Positions 1-12,966 of a stretch of DNA of 64,000 nt are shown piece by piece. A model generated the notes under the pieces. It was given only the letters and a program-made list of their open reading frames with translations. It had not been told where the DNA came from and did no database searches. The first letter of the stretch is position 1, and each line of letters starts with the position of its first letter. This DNA is from Tubulanus polymorphus. Lineage: Eukaryota > Animalia > Nemertea. The DNA is taken from the NCBI RefSeq assembly GCF_964204645.1, contig NC_134025.1, positions 20,249,101 to 20,313,100 of the forward strand, read 5' to 3'. The translations under genes were made by a program, and so were the position numbers.

Positions 1-999
1 AAACACATAATCGGACAGATGAGGTTCGGCGGACAGATAAACGATGGTAGTGTTATGACGAAGTATGACTACGTGAAATGACAGGAGTAAATGCACACAC
101 ATAATAAACTATATACTTATGGGTAATCGCCAACTTGTATATGGCTGTTATTGTGAGTGTGTTTTCAAAATGCGGGAAAATATATAATGATTTACTAGTT
201 AATACTACAATGATGTCCAATGGAGTGAAACCTTTTCATGCCACCAGAGTGAAATACTCAATACCTTAATACGAGATAGGCTCAATGAGGAATACTCACT
301 ACTCAGAGTAAATAAATAATCTTGCATGGCATGTGTCCAACCAAAGATTTGTTTACAAGTCATCCAGGAAGAAAGACACTAAATATTTGGATGGATATAT
401 GAAAGCTGTGGGTACTGGAGTGTGTAATGGGTAGTGTAGTGTGATCTGTGTGCATTTGTGGCCAGCACACAGATCACATTGTTCAATGGGGTTTGGTCCA
501 GGACTCGCGAGATTTTCAACAACACGGAAGTAACGTGTAATAAATGATGACTTGAATTGCATGACTACCTACCACCCCTCATTATTGTTGTAAAAGTAAA
601 CGTTCCGCACTGACTAAAAATTAGTAATAATGATTAATAATATTTTAGAAATGGCCAGAAATTTTAACTTAGGTTCTATCTCATTTTTATTTTACAATTG
701 CTATTGGTATAAATTTTTTTTAAACGGCCGTTAAGGCTTCATGTTTCGTCTGCAATTCACTGCAAATAGTTACGCAACTACGCACGTTTCAGTGTTTTTG
801 GCAGCTGTACACTCAATCGGCACCGTTCGTGACTAGCTTCACTGCGGAATTATCATTAATTAACATCGCCATATCACATCATCAACTTATATTGTGCCAT
901 AAAACCCTAACAGCCGAAATAATTGAAATGCACACACGATTTCTATCATTGAAAATTGAGAGAGTGGCCGTGTTTGTGTTCTGCTGCTTCGCGTAAATC

Positions 1000-1272
1000 C
1001 CGCGCGGTGGCGCAACCGCGCGGAGTGGGGGCAGAAAAAACCGCGCCCAATTGTTGCAAAATTCGAGTTCTTCAAAGATCGTGAACTGGTACGTTCAGTT
1101 GCGAAAAATCTCGCGGGCTCGTCTTTAGGTGCCTGAGGAATGGGCGGCGAGACGACGCGAAAAGCTACCCGAGCTGAGAGCCGCGAAAGCGAACGGAAAA
1201 CAAGCTTTCTTTGTACGGGACAAACTCGTTATCCGCGAAAACCGTGACCGCGTACCGATGGACAGCCACTAG
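1000..1272 (+). pseudogene. LINE ORF1 C-terminal remnant (RRM/CTD type)
   Basis: Manual translation: KKPRPIVAKFEFFKDRELVRSVAKNLAGS ... VPEEWAARRREKLPELRAAKANGKQAFFVRDKLVI, with an internal deletion or frameshift. Confidence 0.75.
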
Positions 1273-1589
1273 GAACCAGCGGAGGGACTTTGCGTACAAT
1301 TCGTAGACCGGACTGTCCTTGTATCTCGAAGTTGTTGTTATGTTATAGAATTTGTAAATAGTGTAAATTTATGTGACAGTTATCCAAATGTAAATAGAGA
1401 TATCGTTGGCTCGCATGTATTTTCTCATACGGTAGATACATACCCTGATATAAATAGTAACAATCATGTACCTAATGTAACTCCTAACAATTTCATTTCT
1501 GATGTAAATAAGCGAAATGTTAACACTTCTGATTTAAATAAGCAAAATGTAACTAGTACAGCAAACGCAGCAAACATAAGTGAAATTCC

Positions 1590-2354
1590 TTGTATCAAAT
1601 CATCATTAAAGTTTTCTACGCTGAATGTATGTGGCCTTATAGCTAAACTCGATATCCCAGAATTCTGTGAATTTATTAGCAATAATGACATCACATGTCT
1701 AACTGAAACTCACTTAGATGATTTAGACGGTAATTTAGGTTGTAGCTTGCCCGCCTCCCATATGGCGCACTTTTAAAATAGGAAAAAGTTTTCAAAAAAA
1801 GGATCAGGTGGCGTCGGTATCATATATAGGAAGTTCATGAAAAATAAAATAAAACCAATTTCGACTGACTCTCAGTTTGTATCTTGGTATTTATTAGATA
1901 AAGATTTATTTAATCGCGACAAACATGTACTTTTAGGTGTAATTTATATTCCTTCAGAAAATAGTCATTATTATTCAGAAATAGCTATCAGAGAAATTGA
2001 AATAGAGTTATTGCAATTGAAAGTTGAGTATGATTTCAATGTGTTAATTTCTGGTGACTTTAATGCTCACACCGCTTGTATGCCAGACTTTTTGGAACCT
2101 GATAATCAGATAATTCAAGATGATAACTTAGACCCTATTGTTGACTCATTGATTAATTTAGGCGTTCCCACTACTAGAAATAATCAGGACAAAAGAAAGA
2201 ATAATACAGGCTATCAACTAATAGATTTGTGTAAGAACCATTCACTAATTATCCTCAATGGCAGATGTGGCAATGATCAGACAGGTAATTATACTTTTAG
2301 GAACACTAGTGTCATCGATTATTTTGTGTGTGATTTAGAACTGTTTGGTTATGT
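1590..2354 (+). pseudogene. LINE ORF2 part 1: AP endonuclease domain
   Basis: Motifs FSTLNVCGL, CLTETH, GSGGVGI, VIYIP, GDFNAH and SVIDYF; in-frame stop near 1773. Confidence 0.9.
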
Positions 2355-2926
2355 CAGGGAAGTGTGATTTGAATGCATTGATGCGTATGTCGACCCAGTA
2401 GCACAAAACACGATGCAGGAGACTGGCACAAATCGTCACTGTCGACTTTACGCACTAAACATTGCCACAAATAATTTACAGTTATACTTTTTTCCAACTG
2501 ATCTACTAGCTTGGAACGTACGTTGGCTCCAATCAATCTATCTACCTGTTTAATTTGCAATTCTGGTCGTATAATATTCTCAACAGTTTTGAAAAATATG
2601 AACACATCATCACGAATGGTAAACAATCCGCCACGATTAATTTTTTCCACCCAGTGACTCGTATATTCAAAATAGCTTTTAGCTTCGATTTTTGAATCAT
2701 GTTTTATCCGCCAGGTTTCTAGTAGACTGATGAACGATTTTGCGGTTAAATTCTTCGGGAATTTCTGATAATGTTTTACGAGTGCATATGGTATATAACC
2801 TGCAGTGTATCGCAGCGCCTGCTCCTCCTCGATCGTTAATTTCGCGATTGTTCGGCCATTTGTTCGGTCATGGTGAAATTGGTCCTCGATCATGTACTGA
2901 AAGAGGATCTTCATAGTAAATTGCAA
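2354..2926 (-). pseudogene. P/THAP9-transposase C-terminal-like fragment
   Basis: ALRYTAGY ... INRGGL motifs resemble the C-terminal region of P-type transposases. ORF 4059-4397 (-) may be an upstream piece of the same broken gene. Confidence 0.55.
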
Positions 2927-3309
2927 CTAGAAAATTAACTTTAATAAATTATTTGACGCCTGCGAAAAAATGTAGAATTTCTGGGATAAGCTAATGTGGA
3001 ATTGCAAATTTGAAATCGAAGTTTTAGGAAATTTGGGGAATTATGAGATTTGGCGATTGGGTAGATGATACAGTCTTCGACTGGTCTAATTTTAAAAAAA
3101 ATTGTCAATTTGTGACCGATTTCGATTCACTTTTGCCTCTAAGCTGGTCTGCAACTTCATTGCCTCCATGGTTGAAGAAAGAGCTCTCTGATGTCTGCTT
3201 CATCATGACTTCGAGCATATCGTGTAGCCAGCCGGCCCGGTCGACCGGGATCCCGGTTTGGCTGTCACTCGATATCCTAGACTTGAGTCTGGGTTGAAGT
3301 AGACATTGT

Positions 3310-3464
3310 CATTTAAATAACTTATTCATGTTATTCTGTATGAATTACCCGTGTGTCTTGTATTTTGTATTTTCTTAGTTTAAAATTTGTAACTTTATTG
3401 AATTTGGGAATTTTATCCCGGAATTTCAATGAAATAAGGATCAATAAAGTATTGAATTGAATTG
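3310..3464 (+). mobile_element. Short 5'-truncated LINE 3' tail
   Basis: AATAAA followed by a (TTGAA)n tail; ATTGTCA occurs on both sides (possible TSD). Confidence 0.4.
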
Positions 3465-4954
3465 TCACCTTATACACATGCCATCAGTGGACGCGGAGCC
3501 GTATATGACAGTTATGCTATTATAAATTGCTAATCTCATGAAACCTGCATACCTCTAATATCGAACATATTTTCTAAAACATTTGAATATTGAAATTATA
3601 TGTTTACACGTTTTTATATAGACCGCTTGTAGCCGCCGATGAAATTCACGCCGGCCCTACTCAGATCGTAGATAGCTTCGTCATTCCACTAGCATCCCCA
3701 TGTCTGGGTCTGACTTTTATATCAGACTTCCAAATCGTGTATACATCCGCCATTTAACCGAATAATCCGATTTACTTATCATTTCTATTTATGCCTGACG
3801 CTCCTGATATAATCATACATCCTTTACTATTACAATACGTCTTCTCATGATATTCAATGCAATATAACATTTCGACGTTCAAATATAGGTCATTATATAA
3901 TCACAGGGAGCCATTCTACATCTTTATCAATAATATTTTGCCAAATGGCTTGTATGTGTACACATAAACCTGTGACGTTTTGCACATCGATTTACGGTTG
4001 TCGTTTGTAAAATGACGCTGAATGGTTAGCATTGTTTAGGTTTCATAATGGTAACGTTTTATAAGGCGTCAAAAAATATGTTTACGGCTCTTTCATTTAC
4101 TTTGTCAATTTTACATTTACTGAATATCTCCATCGTATAATATAATAGTTCGATTTCAGTTGTCGCAACATGAAACTTTGCCCACATTTTATCCAAATCT
4201 TTCGCAGTGCTTAAGTGAATGGCGGAACATAATGTATCTTGAATTTTTGTAAACCACTGGTTAATTCCAAGTCTGGACGGCGACGTATTTGTAGTCAAAA
4301 TTTTATCGATCGATTTTCCATAATGTACTGCTGCCATTCCATTTGAACTGAATTTAAATACTCGATGGTTAATCACTTCAGTCATAGCCTTTTCCAAATA
4401 TATAGTGTTCCTGCGAAAATAATAATAATGATTATTATTTTAACATGTACTTATCTGGATTTTTTATATTATGTTTATATATTATTTTCTGTATTCGTTT
4501 ATTATTTTATAACCTAAAAGGATTGTATTGATTATAAAAATAAATGTAAAAAATACCTGTATGTGTGTTTTCTCGTGTTCAGATCGCAGTCTCTGGTCAG
4601 CTGAGCCTGAGAAGTACCTATATGAAAAAGAAAAGGAAAGAATAAAGTGCCTGCAATTAGGTGGAAACTATTCCGATATTTCATTGATTCAAAAGGAATA
4701 ACACTCACTAGAATCGGCCGAATTAGTTGATCCTGATCCAGAGGATTCCCGTAATATTTCCGTATCGATCTGAACCAATTCGTCACTATCAAAGAATAGA
4801 TCGTCAAAATCGTCATCATTTATAATTTCGTTGACAACCGTTGCCATTTTAATACAGCGGAAAGAACCGATATCACGATTGATAAAACACTATATCCGTC
4901 TGAAGCGATGTAGAGAGAATCCCACTATGATAACGAAAAAGTCCAAAAATGTTA

Positions 4955-5012
4955 GTAGTTTATTCAACGTTTCGTCTATGTCCTAATAGTCATCTTCAGA
5001 AATAATGAATAC
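4955..5012 (-). ncRNA. Minimal type I hammerhead ribozyme-like motif in a Penelope-like element remnant (~4910-5290)
   Basis: Minus strand reads TATTT-CTGAAGA-TGACTAT-TAGGAC-ATAGAC-GAAAC-GTT-GAATAAA. This gives the CUGANGA and GAAA core, stem II with one mismatch, a short stem I and an adjoining AATAAA. Confidence 0.5.
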
Positions 5013-5472
5013 TACAGAAATTATGAGAGATATATACAATCCAGAGACAAAGAGACTAATTCAAGTAATCAGAGATGATACTAACTAAAGGAAAATTAAC
5101 GTAGAAACAGTTACACGCTAAAACAGATTAAAGAGAAGCAGTTAAGAGACAAACTAGGGGGCACTTAAATTTAAGACAATTGTGAATACAAGTTGATCGA
5201 CTAAAATTGATGAGGGGAAATCAGGTGTTGAGTTTAACCAGTTTACAGAGGAATTTTTATATAAGTTTATTATGGGATGAAAAACCGATATTCGGAAACA
5301 ACTGAATTATTACGGAGATTCCCGATCTCGCTGGTTATCGCTTATCGGCGCGTTACGTAACAAAGCGCTCGCCGACGAACCGTTATCGGCTTTAGGGTAA
5401 TTACAACGCACATTCGACAAGAGCTGCACAATAGCGTCCGTATTCCATCTCATCACACTTCCCTGGTTATGT

Positions 5473-7843
5473 TGAGGACTTTGAAATAATGCCTTTTGAC
5501 CCATTATTATCTGATGGACATAATCCTATTAATCTGTGCGTGTATTCGAATTCTAGGGACACCATTGCTAGCGATAATGAAAGGGGTAATGAACACGCGA
5601 ACTTTAACTTCAATTAGGTGGGTCAGTACTAGATCAAATCAATTTTTCCTGAATGTAGAATCAAGATTACGAGATAATGATTTAGATAAGTTACTGTTGG
5701 ACGGGTTGCAAGATCTAGGAAATCAATCGCCAGATGACATTAATGGACTTACCGATAGATTTGTATCTTCTTTATTATCAAGTGCTGATGAGTGTAATTT
5801 GATGTACCATAGAAAAAGTAGGAAAAGTAATAACTGCAAAAAACCGGTCCGCAACAGATGGTTTGGCAGGGACTGTAGAGATGCACAGAAGAAATATAAT
5901 TATATGAAAAAAAGATATAGGGGTTGCCCTACCCCTTCCAATTTTGAATCCCTTAAGAACTCGTCTAAAAACTATAAAAAGGTCATCCGAGGAAATAAGA
6001 AGAAACAAAAGGATGAATTTATTAAGGAATTGAGAGAATGCGAAATTAATAACCCAAAAAAGTATTGGTCGATGCTAAACTCTGCGAGCGGAACAAAAAA
6101 TAATGAGGCTAATATAGATATTGATATTTTTCTTGAACATTTTATGAGATTAAATGATTTGAATAATGTTAACAATGAAACCGATGACGGTGATGAGCCC
6201 CCAGACGTGGGTGACCATCCTGTCTATGACAATTATATTTTGAACAGTGATATAACCAGTGATGAGGTAATTAAGGCTATCTCTTTACTCAAAAACAATA
6301 AGGCCCCAGGCATTGATGGAATCACGAATGAGCTGTTGGGAGTTAGTCAGTATCCGTTTTTAGTTGATATATTACAAAAATTATTCAATTTAGTTCTTAA
6401 AACAGGATATGTTCCAGAGATGTGGTCTATAGGCGTCATCAAAAACCCATTTTCAAAAAGAATGGCGATCCCTCTAATCCTGATAATTATAGAGGTATTA
6501 CCTTAGTTAGCTGTCTTGGTAAACTATTTACAAGTATCCTAAATCAAAGATTGTCAACATTCCTAGATACGAATCACATTATAAGTGAAGCCCAGGCTGG
6601 CTTTAGATCGAAATATTCCACCATTGATCATATTTACACGCTTAAAACAATCGTAGAGCTGTATCTTTGTCAGGGAAGAAGACTTTTTTGCGCCTTTGTT
6701 GATTTTAAGAAAGCTTTCGACTCGATTTGTAGGGTAACGTTATGGCGAAAATTAATTGCTAACAGTGTTAATGGAAACTTTTTCAATGTGGTCAAAAATA
6801 TGTATAACTCCATAAAATCATGTGTTGAATTAAATGGTTGCACGTCACAATACTTTGCAGTTGATAGAGGCTTAAGACAAGGCGAAAATCTCTCACCTAT
6901 CCTCTTTTCGTTATTCTTAAACGACATTGAAGAATTTTTCATTGATCGTGGAAAACCGACTTTGTCATTTATAGAAAAACTAAATTTGAATCGTGATAAG
7001 GATATTGATACTTTACTGAATTTATTCATAATACTATACGCAGATGATACAGTTATTCTTGCTGAGGATGAGAAATCTCTTCAGCTACACTTAGATACCT
7101 TATTTGAATATTGCGCGGCTAATGGTCTCACTGTTAACTCAGAGAAAACTAAAGTACTAGTATTTGCGCGAAGTAAATCCCGGATAAAAACGTTTTCGAA
7201 ATTTATGTTTGGTGATCAAGAGTTAGAGGTAGTTGAAGATTATGTTTATCTCGGAGTAAAATTCAATTGGAATGGTAACTTTGCTAAGGCAAAAAAGTAT
7301 CTTTACGATAAAGCTATCAGAGCTATGTTTTCGATCGTTCAAAAAGGCAGACGTTTGAAATTGCCCATAGATGTTATGTTTAAATTATTTGATACGTGTG
7401 TTGCTCCAATAGCCATGTATGGGTGTGAGATCTAGGGATACGAAAATCTTGATTTATTAGAAAATATTCATTGCTTCTTCTGTAAAATCTTAATGAAAGT
7501 GACGAAATATTCTCGCAACTTACAAGTTTTATCAGAGCTAGGACGTTACCCTTTGAATATAGATGTTAGACGCAGGATGATTAACTTTTGGGTGAAAACA
7601 GTATCTGAAAAGCAAACCAAACTTAATTCAATACTCTATAAAATATCTTTCAATTTATTTTTAAGGGATAAATTTAAGAGCCCTTGGTTATCATATATAA
7701 AGAAAACGTTTGATGACTGTGGTTTGTCCTGCATTTGGACGCAGCAATTCATGACTAACAGTAAATCTTTTTCAAAACGAACAGATACTCCGTGACCAGC
7801 ACCTTCAAGAAACTGTATCTGCCATAAATACTAATCCGATATA
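5473..7843 (+). pseudogene. LINE ORF2 part 2: end of APE, linker and reverse transcriptase
   Basis: SDGH, KAPGIDGI, NYRGITLVS, QAGFR, FVDFKKAFD, GLRQGENLSP, LYADD and YLG motifs across ORFs 5496-6506, 6422-7435 and 7493-7795; frameshifts and a stop at 7433. Confidence 0.95.
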
Positions 7844-7936
7844 AGTAATTGGGAAAGTGGGCTTTCATACCAGAGGGCGAGAGGGCGAGACACCACTCAT
7901 CACCACAAGTAATTTTTTTTCCTAATAAATGGGAGA
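7844..7936 (+). repeat. Left terminal inverted repeat of the Polinton
   Basis: Matches the reverse complement of 26780-26830 and of 26495-26534. Confidence 0.9.
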
Positions 7937-10900
7937 GAATGAACACCAGCCAGAAAACAATAATGTTAATAAAAATCAATATTATTGCCAATATTGTAAT
8001 AAAATACATCGATACATCTCATAAAACACGACATGAAAAAACTGCAAATCATATAAAAAATGAATTAGATTTTGAAACTCCAGAAAATTCCAATGAAAGA
8101 AAAGAAAGATTAGAAAATATGAATGTGGATGAAATAAAATGTGAAGTTTGTAATGAATTTATAGTAAAAAGGAATTATAATAGACATCTCGAATCACAAA
8201 AACACCATCAAAATTTGAGTAATAATGTTTTAGGAAAAGATTATTTCGATGATAAACCTCAAAAAGTAAAAAAACCAACTTCAAAAACTAAATCCATTTC
8301 AAATAAACCTTACATGGAAAATGTTAGAAATTATATTGATTCACTAGAAATAAAAGATACAATTGAAATTTTAGAAACATTACATAGGAAAATTGGTCCT
8401 GCAGCTATTATATTTAGATTTTTTAAAGGTACAACAATAGAAGATTATAGTAAATTTAATGAAATAATAGAAAAAATACTAGATTTGATAACAGATGTTG
8501 AATATCCAAAAATTAGTATCTCTGGGAAAGTAAGTTTTATAAAGTCAGAAGAAAAAATGGATTATAATATTCAAACACACTCTGAAGAAATAATTTCAAA
8601 AACACAAATAAAAGAGAAGTTAGAAAAAATATTTAATGAATTTAAACGTCATATTGAAGAAAGATATTTTGAGGGTTCTGGCTTAACATTGAATGAAATT
8701 ATATATTTAGATTTAAATGTTTACAATACAAAAAGGAATAAAACATCAAAAAGTAATAAAATGTTTAAAAATGATTCAAACTTTACAACAGAAAAGGATA
8801 TTAAAGCATCATCTTATATTAAATTACCATTTACAACAAAAGCAGTAATAAATGTTCAAAATGAAGATAATAAATGTTTTCTATGGTCAATTATTAGTTG
8901 TTTACACCCAACAGAAGATATGACGCATAGTTTTAGAATAACAAATTACCGGAAATATGAAACATTATATAAAATTGATCAATATCCAGTTACTATAAAA
9001 ATGATTTCTAAAATAGAAAAAGTTAATAATTTAAAAATAAATGTATTCGAATTAATGCAATTACCAAAGACAAAAGGTGAAAATATTTAAGATTATACAT
9101 TGGAAGCTTTATATTTAACAGAATATTATGATGATGAAAATGCTATAGATTTGTTATATTACAAAAAGATGAAAATGAACATTATATGTGGTTAAAACAA
9201 ATTGATTTATTCTTTAGAACAGAAAGTGATCATCATCATAAAATTTATCTATGTAGAAAACGTTTATCTAAATTTATGACTGAGAATACATTATTAAAAC
9301 ATAAAGAATTATGTGATAATAAAGATTTTTGTAAATTAATAATGCCAACAGAAAAAGATTATAAATTGAAATTTACTAATCATAAATTTAAGAATATTGT
9401 TCCATTTGTAATTTATGGGGATTTTGAATCGTTGAATAAAGAATTAACTGATCAAGATAGAAAAGAAATATATAACAAAAAGCAATTATTAAAATCAATG
9501 GATAAAGGAAATGAATTAAATGAAGACATAATTCAAGACCCGCCAATTATAAATACAATTTAAAAAGTTCATCAAAGAGCTGCTGCTTATGGAATTTATA
9601 TAAAATCAAATTATCCTGAATTATATGAAAGTCAATATATTTCTTTTAGAGGTGAAGATGTAGTTAATGATTTTTGTAACAAAATGATTGAATTAGAAAG
9701 TGATTTTGCAAAATTATTAAACAAAAATAAAAGAATAGTTATGACAAAAGATGAAATTGATTTTAATTATGCAACTCATTGTTGTTATTGTGAAAAACGT
9801 TTTTATTCATTTGATAAAAAAGTTAGAGATCATAATCATTTAAATTCAAAATATCGTGGAGCTGCTCATGAAGATTGCAATTTACAAGCTAAGAAAGTTA
9901 ATTTCGTACCAATATTATTTCATAATTTATCAGGCTATGATACCCATCTATTTGTAAAACAATTATCGGGAAAATTGGGCGCAATTAATCAAGAAATAGA
10001 AGAATATAATGCTATGAATGGTGTAAATGTAAGAAAATATGATTTTAAACTATTAGCTAAAACATCTGAAAATTATATTTCATTTCAATTTGGTTGCATT
10101 AGATTTTTAGATTCTTATAGATTTCTAGCAAGTTCATTAGATAATTTATCAAAAAGTTTAGTTGATAATGATTTTATAATAACTCGATATTATTATCCAA
10201 ATGACCAAGATTTTAAATTACTCAGATATAAAGGCGCAATTCCTTATTCATTTTATAAAACACACAATGATTTTAATGTAACAGAATTATTAAAAGATCA
10301 ATTTTATGATCAATTAAAAGAGAAGTATGTGAAAGACGAAGTGTTTAATAGAACATTAAATATTTGGAACCATTTTAAGATGAAAAATCATGGCGAATTA
10401 GTTGATTTATATTTAAAATCAGATGTTATGATATTGGCTGACATATTTGAAAAATTTAGAGAAGTTAATTTGAATCATTTTAATGTTGATCCTTGTTATT
10501 GCTACTCCTCTAGTCCTGGTTTAACCTGGCAATGTGGTTTAAAATATACAAATGTAGAATTAGATTTATTAAAAGAACCAGATATGGTTTTATTATTTGA
10601 AAAATCAATTAGAGGTGGAATTAGTGGTGTTATGGGAGATAGGTATTTTAAAGCAAATGATGAATATAAATTATTATATATTGACGCCAATAATTTATAT
10701 GGTTGGGCAATGATGCAACCTCAACCATATAAAAATTTTATATTAACAGAAGTTGAAAATGATGATAAAACTGATTGGGAAAGCGCAATTGCGAGTTTAA
10801 AAGATGAAGCACCAATTGGTTATTTCTTTGTAGTTGATTTAGAATATCCTGAAAATATAAAGTTTAAAACAAGAAACTTACCTTATTGCCCAGAACGTTT

Positions 10901-12966
10901 AACTGTAGATGATAGTTATTTAAGTGAATACCAGAAGAAAATAAAACCGAAAGATCATGTTTTTACAGAAAAATTAATACTTACTCAAAATAATAAATAC
11001 AATTATATTGTTCATTATAGAATGTTAAAATTTTATCTAAAATAAGGAATGAAATTAAAGAAAGTACATAGATATATTGAATTTAATCAATCGAAGTGGT
11101 TAGAAAAATATATAGATTTTAATACTCAACAGAGAACCATATCAAAAACAGATTTTGAAAAAGATTTCTTCAAATTAATGAATAATAGTTTTTATGGTAA
11201 AACATGCGAAAATATTAGAAATAGAAATGATATTGAATTAGTAAATAATTCTGAAAGATTAAGACATTTACAATCAAGCCCTAGACATTTAGGAAATTTG
11301 AAGATTATTTAACAGCAGTTAAACTAAAAAGAACGTCAATGAAATTTAATAAACCTATATTCATTGGTTCAACTGTTTTAGAAGTATCAAAATTATTAAT
11401 GTATGATTTTTATTATAATGTTTTACAACCACTTTTTGGGGAAAAGCATATTGAAATATTATATTTTGATTCTGTAACAGCTGACAGCCCAATATTATTA
11501 AAATAGAATGATAAAATATTGATAAGAATTTCAGAAATAATTCCAAAACAAAATGAATGTTATATTTCATATGGTGAAAAAGAATTAATACAAATAAATG
11601 GTTTAATGGATGTTTGGACAAGAAATGGATGGAAAAAATTAAAGAATATTATTAGGCATAAAACAAATAAGAAAATCTATAGAGTTAGAACTAAATTAGG
11701 ATTTGTAGATGTTACAGAAGATCATAGTTTAATTAAACGAAATGGCGATGAAATAAAACCAACTGATATAAAAATTGGAGATGAATTATTACATAAAAGA
11801 TTTTTCCAAAGAATGAATCATATGTCATTTGATGAAATAATTGATAATATTTATAATATAGAACCCGAAACATTAGAAGAAAAAGAATATTTTATCAAAG
11901 GATTTTTCATGGGTGATGGTTCAGCAGGTGTGTATAATTATGTTTGGGGTAATAAATATTGTTGGTATTTATGCAATCAAGACTTAAAATTATTAGAAAG
12001 AATTAAGAAATTCTGTGAAGTTTATTCACATAAAACATTTAGAATCATGGATGTTATGAAATCATCAGCAGTTTATAGAATACTTGTAAATAATCCTAAA
12101 GATTTTGCTATAAAATATAATGATGAATTCTATATTCATGCAATAGTGAAAAGTAATACTATAACAAAAGAAAAGATAGTTCCAGATTATGTATTAAATG
12201 CAAAAAATAATTTAAGAAAATGGTTCTTCACTGGATTCTACGCAGCAGATGGTTCAAAAAGTTTCAAAAACCGCAAAACGATATCTTTAGCTCAAAAAGG
12301 AAAAGGATTGAATATATTATGCAATTCATTGGGTTTTAATATGAATATTGGATTGATTAAATCTAAACCAAATTGCTTTAATTTAAGCCATGTAGAAAAT
12401 GAGTTAACAGAAGAAGTTAAGGATTTATTTGAAATATATAACCCATCAGATTATGTTTATGATTTATCAACTGAAGATGGTACATTTAACTGTGGATTTC
12501 CATCAATAGCAGTCAATACGGATGCGTACATACTAAAAATCAAGACAAATGACATAACAAAAGACTTAAAAACATTAAAACATCATTTTGATTTTAGCAA
12601 TTATCCCAAAGATCATGAACTATTTAGCAATGATAATAAAAAGATTCCTGGTAAGTTTAAAGATGAACTAGGGGGTAATGAAATGATTGAATTTGTTGGG
12701 ATAAGAAGTAAAATGTATAGTTACAGAACACGAGATCATGAAGCTAAAAAATTAAAAGGAATAACAAAACATGTGGTTGATAAACATATAGAATTTCAAG
12801 ATTATATAAAGTGTTTATATAACTCAATTGTAATGAAACATAAAATGAATGGTTTAAGATCAGAAGATCATGAGATGTACATTAATGAAGTTGAAAAACT
12901 AGTTTGAATCCATTTGATGATAAAAGGCATATTTTAGATGAGGGTATAAAAACATTTGGCCATTAA
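7929..12966 (+). pseudogene. polB: Protein-primed family B DNA polymerase (pPolB) with N-terminal zinc fingers/terminal protein, vOTU-like and EndoVII-like domains; intein-containing; disrupted
   Basis: True ATG at 7929 (MGENEHQ). Motifs: NVQNEDNKCFLWSI, VIYGDFES (ExoI), RDHNHLNSKYRGAAHEDCN, FHNLSGYD (ExoII), RFLDSYRF, YLKSDV (ExoIII), IRGG, YIDANNLYG (motif A), KLMNNSFYGK (B), YFD|TD (C), GKFKDE, SKMY, KGI, PFDDKR. Several stops and frameshifts. Confidence 0.95.
11471..12517 (+). mobile_element. Intein (349 codons) with LAGLIDADG/DOD homing endonuclease in pPolB motif C
   Basis: Junctions ILYFD|SVTADSPILLK and SIAVN|TDAY. Block B VDVTEDHSL; block F YVYDLSTEDGTF; endonuclease motifs IKGFFMGDGS and FTGFYAADGS. 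One TAG at 11504-11506. Confidence 0.92.

Larger units (their letters stand above)
2355..5465 (-). mobile_element. P-element-like DNA transposon, defective
   Basis: Perfect 14-bp TIR CAGGGAAGTGTGAT (2355-2368) / ATCACACTTCCCTG (5452-5465). 7-bp TSD GTTATGT at 2348-2354 and 5466-5472. CA...TG ends with a 7-8 bp TSD fit the P superfamily. Confidence 0.8.

Noticed and set aside
1-1000. Gene or TSD partner for the large LINE in the first kilobase
   Set aside because: Only short motif-less ORFs, and no duplication matching the sequence after the 27372 tail was found.
7849-7928. ORF-track N-terminus MGKWAFIPEG... for the first viral gene
   Set aside because: It starts at a TTG inside the TIR. The ATG in the conserved context is at 7929 and joins the ORF through a frameshift in the first zinc finger.
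11519-12907. Separate stand-alone homing endonuclease gene or hedgehog-type Hint protein
   Set aside because: It is in frame with pPolB on both sides and bounded by intein splice residues exactly at motif C.
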